Shown piece by piece: positions 1 through 13,810 of a stretch of DNA of 64,000 nucleotides (positions within the stretch are counted from its first letter, which is position 1; every line of letters begins with the position of its first letter). Under the pieces are notes generated by a model that was given only the letters and a program-made list of their open reading frames with translations, had not been told where the DNA came from and made no database searches. Position numbers and translations under genes: made by a program. The DNA is taken from positions 50,902,001 through 50,966,000 of the forward strand of contig NC_043007.1 in assembly GCF_006345805.1 (NCBI RefSeq). The letters are read 5' to 3'. The stretch is from Octopus sinensis (Eukaryota).

Positions 1-425
1 GTCCCAATCGATATAAACGTATCTGTCAAGACCTACCAAAAACTGAGCAAATATAAAGATCTTGAAATAGAAATCAGCAAAATGTGGAACCTGAAAACTA
101 AAACAATACCTGTTGTCATAGGTGCCCTGGGAATGATAGCAAAAGGGGCTGATTGCTACCTAATTCAGATACCAGGAAACCCCAAAATGGCAGAAATTCA
201 AAAGATAGTGCTCATGGGAACTGCTCATATCCTACGCAAAATACTTTCTATGTAATCTCAAGTTTTATAACAAACATAATTTTCTTATGTTTTTTTTAGA
301 CATTCACTAGTACAACACTAAGTACAAAACCAAATATATGGCACCCTAGGCATTACATTATTTCTTGAGGTTTCTGGGTGAGACCTTCAGCCAACTTGTA
401 CAAATGTAAATCAAAAGTCAAACAT
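1..425 (+). mobile_element. 3' end of an R4/Dong-like non-LTR retrotransposon (C-terminal restriction-like endonuclease region, stop at 253-255, then 3' UTR)
   Basis: Frame 1 reads VPIDINVSVKTYQKLSKYKDLEIEISKMWNLKTKTIPVVIGALGMI...QKIVLMGTAHILRKILSM*, the typical R4-clade RLE C-terminus. A (TAA)n tail follows, and a homologous copy lies at 59184-59670. Confidence 0.8.
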
Positions 426-492
426 ATAATAATAATAATAATAATAATAATATAATAATAATAATAATAATATAATAATAATAATATAATAA
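426..492. repeat. (TAA)n microsatellite between the R4-like 3' end and a SINE tail
   Basis: Direct reading of the sequence. Confidence 0.95.
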
Positions 493-1045
493 TGGTTTCA
501 ATTGTTGGCACAACGACAATAAATTCAGGAGAGGGGGTAAATCGATTACATTAACCCCAGAGTTCAACTGGTGCATAATTTTATCCACCCAGAAATGATG
601 AGAGGCAAAGTCAACCTCAGCGGAAATTGAACTCAACGCAAACACGGACGAAATGCCGCCAACAATTTAATAAAACCCCTTTCTAACCCTTTCTGCTATA
701 AGCACAAGGTCAGAAATAGTTGTGGAAGGGGATAGTCGATTACACCACCCTAGTATTTAACTGGTACTTTAACGACTCGAAAGGATGAAAGGCGAAGTCG
801 ACCTCGGAGGATTTTGAAATCAGAACATGAGGACGGACGAAATAGTGCTAAGCATTTTGCCCCGTGTGTTAATGATTCGACCAGTTCACTGCCTTAATAA
901 TAAAACAAATAATTCTTTCTATTATAGACGCAAGGCCTGAAGTTTTTGGATAAAACACCAGACAATTACATCGACCCCAGCAATTGACTGCTACTTATTT
1001 CATCGACACAGAAAAGATGAGAGGCAAAGATGACCTCGTGGGCAT
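493..1045 (-). mobile_element. Three tandem, degenerate copies of tRNA-derived SINE family B (about 493-660, 687-893, 913-1045)
   Basis: Each carries the family motif gtcgattacatcgacccc..actggtac..gaaaggatgaaaggcaaagtcgacctcggcggaatttgaactcag, each preceded by an AAT-rich tail. Confidence 0.8.
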
Positions 1046-1625
1046 TAGGTATACCATAAACACTATGCATTATCATTTCGGATTGCAAGCATATACATAA
1101 CTTGCTGCAAAAAAAATTAAGTAATATAATAATTATAATCATGTAGTTACTACGATTTCTTTTTATTGATATTGTTCTTGTCAACCGTCAGGTCAGCCTG
1201 ATCTGTAAGAGCTACGATGAAAGCCGTCCCACCAGTAAACATTATTGTTTAAGCACAACGTATGGAGTAATACGTTACCAGGGAAACTACCTTAATCAAG
1301 AGAGGCCCATGCGGTGTTACCTCACTCAAAGATACTTCTGAAGTTCCAAGAAAGAAATTGGCAATATAGATTGACACGGATTGCACCAACACTACCATGT
1401 TTGTTGCAGAAATTATCAGGAAGAAATACATTACAATTGTGAAGAACAGTGAAGTGTGAAGACTTCACACCTGAATATAATCACATGGTTTACTCCTTAG
1501 AACTAGCCTATAGACCTAAGATAATGTAGGTAAGGAATCTGCGTAGGCCTTTATGCCAGATTTTCGACTGAATATAGCACCTGCCAACATTCTAAGAAAT
1601 GCTTCTGTCGATATCATGTGCCGTA

Positions 1626-1769
1626 CGTATGTATGTATGTATGTATGTATGTATGTATGTATGTATGTATGTATGTATGTATGTATGTATGTATGTTTGT
1701 ATGTATGTATGTATGTATGTATGTATGTATTTATGTATGTATGCATGCATCTGTCTGTCTATCTATCCA

Positions 1770-1810
<41 letters not shown>

Positions 1811-2486
1811 ATATATATATATGTATGTATGCAGGTATCCATATATCTTATATGTATGCATATATATATGTATATACATATATATATGTGTATATATATA
1901 CATATACATATATATATACATATATATATGTATATACTTATATATATATGTATGTATATACATACATGTATACTTACATGCTTATCTGCATACATCTATA
2001 TTTATATACATATTTACGTACACGCATATACATACTTACGTACACATTACAAATATACGTGCATATATATATGTATATATATATATGCACGTATATTTGT
2101 AATGTGTACGTAAGTATGTATATGCCTGTCTATGCGTGTACGTAAATATGTATATAAATATGTATGTATGCAGATAAGCAAGTAAGTATACATGTATGTA
2201 TATACATACATATTTTTATATATAAGTATATACATATATATATGTATATATATATATGCATGTATGTATATACATATATATATATATGTATGTATATATA
2301 TGTATATACATATATATATATATGTATATATATGTATATACATATATATATATATATATATGTTTATACATATATATACATACATATATACATATATACA
2401 TACCTGTATAAATACATATTTACGTACACGCATACACAGACACATACATACATATATATAGACATACATACATAGTATGTGTATAT

Positions 2487-2540
<54 letters not shown>
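1626..2540. repeat. Compound (TATG)n/(CT)n/(TA)n microsatellite containing a ~580-bp imperfect palindrome (about 1830-2407) centred near 2075
   Basis: ttacgtacacattacaaatatacgtgcat is mirrored by atgcacgtatatttgtaatgtgtacgtaa. The ORF track shows mirrored peptides ([10 protein letters not shown] on minus, [10 protein letters not shown] on plus). Confidence 0.85.
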
Positions 2541-2551
<11 letters not shown>

Positions 2552-3540
2552 TAAGGGTAGAAATCAATATTTATCAATTAAAACCAGTGGTCTAGCATAT
2601 TAAAAAGAATCCGAAGATTAAATATTTATATATACCAATTAAGGACTGAACACGAAAAAGTGGACAGTCAACATGCTAGATATAGACGTCAAATCGCCAT
2701 TCTCCACAAAAGATTATGTTCTCAAATCAAACTATATATATATATGTATATAAAGGAAGAATACAGAAATGTAGATTGTGAAGTTAACAAGAGTTTATTA
2801 TCAATAACAAATCGATCATCATCCCTTACACCTGTTTCAAATATACTCAGTGAAGTTAATTAAATATTAAGTTCATATTTTTTAGCATAATCTCTTCAGA
2901 GGGAAAAAAATATACCCTTAGATATTTTGTATGTTTGTTTGTTAGATTCATCGCAGTAGAATGCATCCCTTCATGAAGCTAACATAACCTCTAACTGAAT
3001 TATATATATATGTGTGTATGTGTGTGTGCATATATATATATATACATATATATATTATATATTGTATATATATATATGCTGTATGTTATATATGCAAGAT
3101 ATATATACACGCATATACATATATATACATATACAATATCATATATATGTATATATATACCATGCGCATGCATACACAGTACACACATATATTTATATAT
3201 GAATGCATGTGCGTATGTGTCTAGAGACACACACACAAACATAGTGTGTCTGTCAAAATAAATTTAAGGACTTCTACTTCCTTTAGCCCTTCCAGCAGGA
3301 ATACAGAGATATATCTACTGGAACATTTAATGGTAATGGAATAGACGCACTACTTGGTGTCTATTTACCATTCTTTTGATCAGAATTGAGAACTGGAAGT
3401 AATTTAATAGTCTGTCACTCTATATTTCAGAGACGCTACTGATGCCATACCACTTTAGATACGCAACATTCTTTGAGTCACTAACAGAAACATACATACA
3501 TACATACATACATACATACATACATACATACATACATACA

Positions 3541-3576
<36 letters not shown>

Positions 3577-4369
3577 TATATACACGTTTACGGAGAGAAA
3601 GAGAAAGAAAGAAAGAATCCTAACCCCGCATAGTGACCAATAGAATGGGATTGGACTATCACTCACTCCGTTATTTTCCTATTTTTCTTTCATTTTTTGT
3701 AGAGTATAATGTCTTTGTCTCCCGGACACAATGCAACCTTACTAGTGCTGAAGTCATCATGAATTATATCCAGTAAATTCTGTAAAGTAGTTGAATGAAT
3801 GAGGGAAATGTAAATCAGAGAGGATTCCTCCTACTGAAGACATGACAGCATCTCTAGGCCCAGTATTCTGTAACGTAGTTGGTTTGAGGAAGGGTATTTT
3901 GCTATAGAAAGAAGTCAAAATTTGAGGAATTTTCCATTTCTCTGAAAGGCAAATTTTTTTTTTTTTGGTTGTATATAAATGTGATCCTTTCATTCATCTT
4001 CTAAGTCTCAGTCGCCTTATATTCAGTTTCCCGAGTCCAACTGCTATTAATAGTAAGACGTCATGAGAACCAATCCCTTTTCTGACCGGTTGAAGAAGTG
4101 AGTAGTCACAAAAAAATTTTGATGTCTCAGAAGACACAAACTAAACATTCGCTTATTTTCTTTCAAAGCGTACATTTTAAATTCATTCTTCTGTCTATTT
4201 AATTTAGACATTGGTCACAGCATCAACTAATTTCTTATCAGTACTTAAGCACTCTCAGGAAATATATGCCCGAATTAGATTAATTAAATCATGTGCCATG
4301 TGAAGTACATGGGCGTCTAGTTACACACACACACATAGGTATCCATACACCCACAGCTTCTATTTTTTA

Positions 4370-4735
4370 TTTGTTTCAGTCACTACATTGCGATCATGGT
4401 GGGGCATAGCCTTGATTGATTTTAATCGAACGAATCGACCCCAGTACTCATTTTTATTTAAAGCCCGTTATTTATTCTATCGATCTCTTTTTGCCGAACG
4501 GAGACATTGACCCACTAAAACCGATCATCCAGCGGAGGTGGGGGACAAACACTGGCACAAAGACTCACATTTATGTATATATAACGATCCTCTATCAGCT
4601 TCCGTCTACCAAATCCACCCACAAAGCTTTGCTAAGCCCGAGGAAGATACTTGCCCAAGTTGCCACGCAGGTGGACTGAACTAGGAACCATGTAGTTGAG
4701 AAGCAAAGTTCTTACCACACAGCCACGCCTGCGCC
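4370..4735 (-). mobile_element. tRNA-derived SINE family A (CORE-like), near full length
   Basis: The reverse complement starts ggcgcaggcgtggctgtgtggtaag (A box)...ctagttcagtccacc (B box), then aacttgggcaagtatctt (CORE-like). Many copies occur in the window. Confidence 0.85.
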
Positions 4736-4855
4736 GCCTATGTAGAGGCAAACATTGAAACGTACACATATGTATACAAATAGATATGGAGACCCTCAAA
4801 AAGATATACATAGAAGAACTCAGACTTACATACGTTATATATATATATATATAAC

Positions 4856-4919
<64 letters not shown>

Positions 4920-5235
4920 ACACACCTTCATAAAACACCGCACTCACACAAGCACACGCACAAACACATACACTTAAAGAAACGAGAAATGTCCCACAGA
5001 CTAGTGTTGTTCTAAGTTAATTAAGCCACAGAAAGTAGTTGAACGTCAACAGAAGTGTTTCTGATTGGTGGAACGAAAAGAAAGAACTATTGTGTGAAAG
5101 AGCAAAACCATTTACCACTCAAAGAAACCATTCTATATATTGGAACTATTATTGTACAGGGCCACCACACAAGTCAATGGTCTTTGTTATCAGCTCGAAA
5201 CAAACAAATTTCTTCTCGATAGTCTGTTATCTCTA

Positions 5236-5880
5236 GTGGTGATGGTACTGCTGGTGGTGGTGATGGTGATGTAACTGTTGTTGTTTTAATGGAGGGGGTG
5301 ATGACGATGTAATTGTTATTGTAATGGTAGTGCTGCTGGTTATGGTGATGATGGTGATGTGTACTTGTTGTTGTTTTAATGGTGTTGAGATGATGGGGCG
5401 GTTTGGCAGTTACTGGTGTGGTTATTGTGTGATAATATGATTGTTATAGTTGTTTTTGTGATGTTTGTAATGCTGTTGATGTAATTACTTCTACAAGGAC
5501 GGGGGCCTCGCCGGCAGCATGAACTGCAGCGACAGCGTCAGTAGTGGCGTCAGCAGCAGCGATAGCAGCAGCGGCGACAGCAACGGCGGCAGAGGCACTG
5601 ACGGCAGCGGCGACGACGACAGTGACGGCAGGGCAGCATCGGTGGTAGCAGCGGCAACAGCGGCGACGGTGGTGGTGGCGGCGGTAGCGGCACCGGTGAG
5701 AGCGGCGGTGGCAGCAGCGGTGACGTCAATGACGGTATCAGCAGTGGCTTCAATGGCAGCGTCAGCGGCAGTATCAGCAGCGGTGCGAGCGGTGTCCGCG
5801 GCGGCCACGGCAGTGACAGTGACGGTGGGCACGGCGGCGGCGACGGCGGTGGTGATGGCGGTAGTGGTGGTAGTATCGTC
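5236..5880. repeat. Degenerate compound trinucleotide repeat (GGT/GAT, then GC-rich GCG/GCA/ACG)
   Basis: Pure low-complexity triplet periodicity, open in several frames on both strands. Confidence 0.8.
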
Positions 5881-6114
5881 AGCAACGTTTAAGTATTACA
5901 CATCATTCTACGCAGTGAGCACTTTTATTGACGTAACGTGTATTTACTATTCTTTGGTGAATGTACTTCAGTTTGTTTGAGCCATTCCGGCCAAATCCAT
6001 CGCACATGCACACACACATACACACACACGCATACACACGCACACACACAAACACTCACACACACAAACACACACATGCTATGCACACACTGCAACTCAG
6101 AAAACCAAGCATTT

Positions 6115-6153
<39 letters not shown>

Positions 6154-6244
6154 CGTTTATTTTGTTAGTATTTTCTTTTTATATACATTTACTATTTTGC
6201 ACTCGTTTGTGTATGTGTGTGCGAGTGAACGTGTTCGAGTATGC

Positions 6245-6288
<44 letters not shown>

Positions 6289-7158
6289 ATTTTATATTTT
6301 CGTATATAACGGTTTTCCAGTTCAACTGTCCAAGCATATTCGAGTTCAACTGCTGAGAGAGAGATTCAGATAGTTGGCAGAATCAACAGCAAGGCAGCCG
6401 ACTAACTATCCTGGAATCACTAAAACATGACTTTCAATAGGGACTGAAGTTAGGACACGTATGTTCACACATATATACACATACAGCCACACGCACAGAG
6501 ACTCAGGGACAGAGAGAAAGAGAGAGGGAAAGAGGGCCAACAAGGTAACAGAGAGCTGGAATGTAGTAGGCGATGGTTTATCTGTAAAGATCACCTGTTT
6601 ATGGAAGACGAAACAACAACAACGATAACGGGGCAACAGCAAAACATTTATGAACTTTTAAGTGAATACGTTTTCAGATTATTTTAAACAACCTTAATAG
6701 GTTCAATACGCAGAGCTTTATTTCGTCTAATTACAGACCGGCAGACAAAGAGCTTCGACTAAAGTGCAAAGCTGGTAACGCTCGCACGCGCTTACATGTG
6801 TATACGTACGCATACACACAACATGCATACAAGCGCATATATACACACGCGCAAAGGCACACATACATATGTATGTATATGACATATACATATGTGTATA
6901 TATATATATATTATATATATATATATTATATATATATATATATATATGCGCGAGTGAGAGAGAGCGTGTGGCGTGTATGCATGTACGCACGGGTGCATGT
7001 AAAAGAATATGTCATGTATATCTCACACATGTTTGTATAACTGTTTAAATACATATATGTACATTCATATTTATGGATATACATACATGCATAAATGTAT
7101 ATAGAGATATATGCAGATGTATACATAAATGTATACAGACACACACACACACACACAG

Positions 7159-7205
<47 letters not shown>

Positions 7206-7582
7206 GATCTTTTCTAAAAGATGGCCAGAATTTATACATACTTATATACGTATATAGGCAAATATACACACACACGTACATTTTGACGCAGGTGTCATCT
7301 CTCTTAATACATGCTGTATTAGAACATGGAGTTTGTGTGTATAAATACCGGTTATATAAGTTTGAAAGCAAGAAGTTAATAGACGAGAAAATCAATTAAA
7401 AACACAAAATATATACATATCAAAGTTATCAATTAGGAAAATAGAAATAAAACAAAAAAAACACACAATACCCCCTCCGCCCCCCCCCCCCCCCCCCCAA
7501 AAAAAAACAACACCGTTATAATCACCACACCTCTTCCAAATATAAATACATAACTACAGAAATGAAAACAAGCAAAACGTAC

Positions 7583-7687
<105 letters not shown>

Positions 7688-7706
7688 TGTGTGTGGTGTG
7701 GTGTGT

Positions 7707-7738
<32 letters not shown>

Positions 7739-7999
7739 TTAAATATATAGCCACGTGTGTGTAAAATGACCGTATATAATAATATAAATGCATCACGAAG
7801 ACAAATACACGCACATTAGATCACGACGAATCACACCATATTAGAAATTGGATGGCATGCGTGTAAATATTAAACACACACCAGGTGCTATATATTTTGA
7901 ACTGTGTGTGAGGAAGCTGTTTTTATAAATTTATCCGAAATTATTTATATGTACATTATTCGTACATATATGTATATGTATATAAACATATATATGTAA

Positions 8000-8071
<72 letters not shown>

Positions 8072-8341
8072 TATATATATCCATCATCCATCGTCAATTA
8101 TCTGAATTCGCCTATATATGTGTATGTATGTATGTATGTATGTATGTATGTATGTATGTATGTATGCATGTATGTATGTATATAAGTACCTACGGACATT
8201 TATCTATATCTATATACAAACAGACATACGCATATACGCGCATATGGAGAGAGAAATATATGCATACATGTAAATATAAACACACATATATTAACATATG
8301 CACACAAAGAAATAACCGTATATGTATTAATACGTTTATAC

Positions 8342-8420
<79 letters not shown>

Positions 8421-9010
8421 CACAAACGTATTTGTATAAATGTGTATTTATTACGCAAGTACTTTAGCATACAAACCATTGCCCAATTGAAAAACATGTT
8501 AGGGAGGAAAAACATAAGCAAAGCACACACCATTTGTGAAAGACCTCTACTTTTCTCCCTCTGTCCCTTAAAACAACAGACACATGACAAAACTTGCACA
8601 CGTGTCCAAATAAAATCTGCCAAGAAGAGACAACGTTCGTTTCTGTTATTTTAGTCCATTTCATCCTTCCTTCACAGTTATTTAAACATTTGTAATGGAA
8701 TAGTATTATTTGTATTTTTATCTTTTTTTCTTTTTATGTGGTAGTTTCATGGTCGAATTTATGTTGGATATTATGCCTAAAGCCGTAGGTATTCATTTAA
8801 TTTTGACGCATTTACAGTTTAAATAAAAGGTCCGAAATATTGGGCTGTTGTCAGCACGCTTCAAAATTTTACTTAAAGAATTATTCCGAACAATTAGAAC
8901 ATAATGGCTCATCGATTTTAAAGACACCCGAAATACTACAGTTATTTCCCTTCAACAGTTAGATTTTTTCCATACACGTGCGCGCACTCACACGCAAGCT
9001 CACGCGCACG

Positions 9011-9042
<32 letters not shown>

Positions 9043-10456
9043 ATTCTTGTACACACAACAACAAATTCTCCATATCTTTTAATATTTTTTTCACATACAT
9101 ATCTTTAACAACTTGCAGAAATTAATCTACTTTCCTATAACAAGCGTTAGATATATTTACACATATGCAACAATAATTTTATTGTTTCTACTTCATTTTT
9201 TAGATGTTCACATTTACACCCGTAATTTCATCATATCTGTCAATAACGATAAAACTACACTGTAAAGCAACATATAGAATTCGACAAAATAAAAAAAAAC
9301 TTTTGATAAAATTACTGGGAGTGGAATACTTGGTTTTTTAGTATAAAATTATTCTAAAATAATATATATATATATATATATCAAGACACGCCACTCTCGG
9401 TTCGCTCTTTTATTCCGTTTGTTGAAGAGAGGAAAGAAGTAAGAGTAAATTTAAGGGATTGTGAAACACGATTGAACGGTCTCAATGAAATAATGGCGAT
9501 AAAATAATGAAATAATTTGAAATAATGGCGATATTAAGGGAATGAAACAAGAGAAAATGCCTATATTTTTTTAGTCTAATACCTAACAATCGAGTTTATT
9601 CATACACAACACACACACACACACATACATGTACATATAGAGGGATTTTTTTTCGCTGCTTTCGCGGATTCCCATGACTGTCGCCATCCAATTCCATTAC
9701 TATGAATTTGAATTGGGAGCTTGAGTCATAGTGAATCTTTCATTAGCCGTTAACACAACCATGGACACCACCCTTATGGATGCGTTGCAGTTACTCTCTT
9801 GATAGAGCTTGGTGATCCTGGCCGTTGGCCTTCCAGGATTCCTTCGCCTAGCATCAATATAAGAAGTACCGTAGCTCAGTTTCGCTACCCATTCACAATC
9901 CTCAATCCTGCAATTCCATAACTACGCCTTATTCCTGGCAGGGTGACTGAGCGGTTGCTATACCTTGCCAAAGGGCAGCCTATAACTATGTAGGGGATGG
10001 TCGTCACTTTGTGAGGTATTTTCAAAGTACTCGCATACGTATAATAGTTAACTTTTTAGTTGACGTAGAGTTTATGGAGGAAACATATATATACTTGTAT
10101 GAAAGTAGGCATGAAATTAGATCGCTACAGTTCAGCTGAAGAATATTACTTCAGTCGTTTGAACGATGGCTAACATGAAATTCAAGATTTATGATCGAAG
10201 ATGGTTCGGCTTTAATGAAATACACAGACTTTGCTTTGTGTCTTGTATACTTCTTACACATTTCTCAGCAAAATCTGTCTTTGTAGACATGTACACGCAT
10301 ACGTCTGTGAAAACACATATCTATACGAACACACATAAACACAGTTGTACATGTACATCTATGTGTGGGTGCTCGCTCGTGTGTTTGTGTGTATGGTATC
10401 CCTGTTTACGAGTGCAGCAGTTGTGATCTGAGTCGAGATTTAAGAAATCTTTAAAG

Positions 10457-10531
<75 letters not shown>

Positions 10532-11507
10532 ATATATATAATGTAGTAGCAATAAAGTGTGTGTGCGTGTGAGAGAGAGTAGTTAGTGGTGGTAGCAGAG
10601 AGGAGAGAGTGTGTTAGATATAATGTATATATATGTACATATATATGTAGTAATAATAGAGAGTGGCAGATAGAAGGAGAAATAATAGTTAGAGTCGGTG
10701 GCAGGGTGGAGACAGTAAGAGATAATGTAGAAGTGACAGGGAGTGTAAAACGGAAGTTAGTGTTGTTAATTAAGACAATATCAGTTGTCTCCAAAAAGCA
10801 CATTAGCCTCTTGCAAGATTATAAATTAAACTCATTCCTGCTGCCTTTCTCTATAAAACCTGGTCTTTATGAAATATGGCTTCATCATTGATGGCGGTTG
10901 TTTTTGTTGTTTGTTTAGTTGTTGTTTGTCATTGTGATGGTGTTGTTGTTGTGCTGGAGCCGCTGCTTACAAGATGATCTTGATAACGGATGATTTAAGT
11001 TCGAGCTACGATCGTAGGATAACAACTTGCCTGCCAATCTTTGACTACGATGAGCTTATAATTTCTCTGTGTTAAAGCAGGAAGTGAACAAGCCATTGCT
11101 GTATTTTTGACTCCATCAGCACTGCTTCAGTTTCCGCCTGTTTGTGCGCGTGTATGTGCATGTGCGTGTCTATGTGTGTGTGCGCGCATGTGTATGTGTA
11201 TGTGCGTGTTTGAGTGTGTGAAGGAGACACAGGAAGAGGGAGAAGCGTTTAGATGAATGCGTGTTTGTTGTGTGTATATATTCTTTTATTCTTCTAGTTT
11301 CATTCACTAGACTGCGGCCAAGTTGGGACACACACTTCAAAAGTTTTAGTTGATCTCATCGCCTAAAGTACTCGATTCCATCTGGTATTCTTTTATACTT
11401 AATTTATCGATATCTATCTGTATGCAAGTATGTGTGTATGTATGTATGTATGTATGTATGTATGTATGTATGTATGTATGTATGTATGTATGTATGTATT
11501 TATGTAT

Positions 11508-13002
11508 GTTCTCCTTTAGCTAACTCTCCATAAAAGAGTTGTTTTGGCATTCTTGAATCCTTCATCCTGACCAGATGACCACTCCATCTGAGCCTTTGGT
11601 TTAGCACGAGAGCTTCTATACTTTCACACTGAGAGCCTTCCAATATTTCAAGATCCCTGATGCGGTTCTTCCACTTAATGCCATAGATCCGTCTGAGACA
11701 CATCTGATGGAAACGTTCCGGTTGTTTAAGGTGGTATCGATATGTGACCCATGTCTCGCAGAGAAGAGGAGGGCGCACACATGCCTTGTACACCTTTATC
11801 TTTGTCTTTCTGCATATGTCTCGCCGACTCCAGAGGCGCTTTTCTAGCCTTCCGAAAGCAACACTTGCTTTTCTAATTCTATATGGAATTCATCCAAATT
11901 GCTATATCTATTAATAGTGCTTCCCAGGTAGACAAACTGATCAACTACATCAATTCATTTACCATGCACATAGATATTTGGTACACTATACTGCTTACCA
12001 GGAGCAGGTTGATGCATGACAACAGTTTTCTTGAGATTGACTATCAATCCTAAGGCAGTGCAAGCATCAGAGAATGCATTCAAAATGTGTTGCATATCAA
12101 TCTCTGTGTGTGCTACGAGCTCACAATCATCTGCTAAAGGAGAACGACCTCCACATAAACCAAAAAAGAGGTATAAGGACTTGCTGAAGGCTTCCTTAAG
12201 AGATGCTTGCATCTCTCCTGACACATGGGAAGGCATAGCTATTGATCGTAGCAGGTGGAGAAGGATTGTGCACGAGAGGACAGCCACTTTTGAGAATTTC
12301 GAGTTGCACATGAGAAAGCAAGGAGGAATGTCAGGAAGGGGAACGCTGTTACACTTCCAGATGGGAAGGGTCTTACTATGATGCTGACATGCAGTGTCTG
12401 TGCAAGACCCTGCCTCAGTAAAGTTGAACTCAAGAGTCATTTTCGCAGTCCTAAAGTGAGATAGATGAGTGACAACCTGGCCACTGGTGGTGGTGTAACA
12501 CACCATACTGATCATATATGTCGGGCATGTGGAAGAGAGTGTAATTCGGCAGGAGGACTTAAACGACATGCAAAGGTACATGAAGCCCAGTTACAACTAC
12601 AGCCGGCTATTACCGGTAAAGGTTTTAGTTGCCAATTCTGTACAAGACATAAAGCGGTGCGCTGGCGGAATCGTTAGCACGCCGGGCGAAATGCGTAGCC
12701 GTATTTCGTCTGCCGTTACGTTCTGTGTTCAAATTCCGCCGAGGTCGACTTTGCCTTTCATCCTTTCGGGATCGATAACTTAAGTACCAGTTACGCACTG
12801 GGGTCAATTTGATCGACTTAATCCGTTTGTTTGCACTTGTTTCTCCCTTCTATGTTTAGCCCCTTGTGGGTAGTAAAGAAATAGAATTCTGTACAAGACA
12901 TTGTAGATCTTTAGCTGGGCTAAAAAGTCACATTCAATCACAGCACTAGTAACAGTTAAGCTTCGTGCAATGGCCATACTCGATAACGAGGGGGCAGCCA
13001 TA
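11508..13002 (+). mobile_element. 5'-truncated RTE-clade LINE with inverted 5' segment (11508-~12134 on minus, 12133-13002 on plus), embedded in (TATG)n
   Basis: Minus strand reads ADDCELVAHTE...GLIVNLKKTVVM and RLRWSGHLVRMKDSRMPKQLFYGELAKGE. Plus strand resumes AKGERPPHKPKKRYKD and ends in C2H2-like fingers (stop 12947-12949), a short 3' UTR and an (ATGT)n tail. Confidence 0.9.
12651..12884 (+). mobile_element. SINE family B (B1 tail) with 17-bp target-site duplication, inserted in the RTE 3' coding end
   Basis: aattctgtacaagacat at 12634-12650 and 12885-12901. The tRNA-like head has an A box (tggcggaatcgttag) and a B box (gtgttcaaattcc). Confidence 0.93.
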
Positions 13003-13500
13003 ATGTATGTATGTATGTATGTATGTATGTATGTATGTATGTATGTATGTATGTATGTATGTATGCATGTATGTATGTATGTATGTATGCCTGCATGCAT
13101 GCATGTAAGTATGTATTATGTATGTATGTATGTATGTATGCATGCATGTACACGCACACAAACACACGCACATACATACATACATACTTACACACATACA
13201 TACACACACACATACACACATACATACATACATACATACATACATACATACATACATACATACATACATACATACATGCATACATACATAATTTGAGATT
13301 CGGGTAATAACCTTGTAGAAGGCTTGCAAAACTCGTCAACAGTTATTGGCTATCTGATGTCATCATACAGTTGAAAGCTCCTGCTACTGGATATACATCA
13401 GGAATTCCATAGTCGATAGAGATTATAGAAATAGATAAACGACAGAAAATGGAATGGACGACATTCTTTTATCTAAAAATCACTACAATTGTTTCGACCC

Positions 13501-13810
13501 AGGCGCAGGCGTAGCCGTCTGGTTCCGGGCTCAATCCCACTGCGTAGCACCTTGGACAAGTGTCTTCTACTATAGCCCCAGGCCGATCAAAGTGGATTTG
13601 TTAGACGGAAATTGAAACAAGACCGCCGTATATATATATTTATTAATTTATTTGTGCGTGTGTATGTGTTTGTTCCCCCACCCATCACTGGATAACTGGT
13701 CTTGGTGTGTCTACGTCCTCGTAACATAGCGATTCGGCAAAAAAGATCGATAGAATAAGTACTAGACTTTAAAATAGATCGCAGTCAAATGATTGAAACA
13801 GGTAAAAGAA
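13501..13810 (+). mobile_element. SINE family A, internally deleted
   Basis: ggcgcaggcgtagc..ggttccgggctcaatcccactgcg..caccttggacaagtgtcttctactatagcc, ending in the family 3' end gtcaaatgattgaaacaggtaaaaga. Confidence 0.85.

Noticed and set aside
3328-3375. miRNA-like hairpin aatggtaa...ttaccatt
   Set aside because: The stem is short with large asymmetric bulges, and I recognise no mature miRNA.
3735-3950. Minus-strand exon-like segment with good acceptor and donor
   Set aside because: All three frames contain stops between the splice sites. It could be non-coding but is unsupported.
5491-5980. Ala/Ser/Pro-rich ORFs of 111-153 aa
   Set aside because: They come from a degenerate trinucleotide repeat that is open in several frames on both strands. 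There are no convincing splice sites or domains.
12651-12740. tRNA genes (A and B boxes here and in other copies)
   Set aside because: They are SINE heads: no proper cloverleaf, and they continue into SINE core and tail with a TSD.
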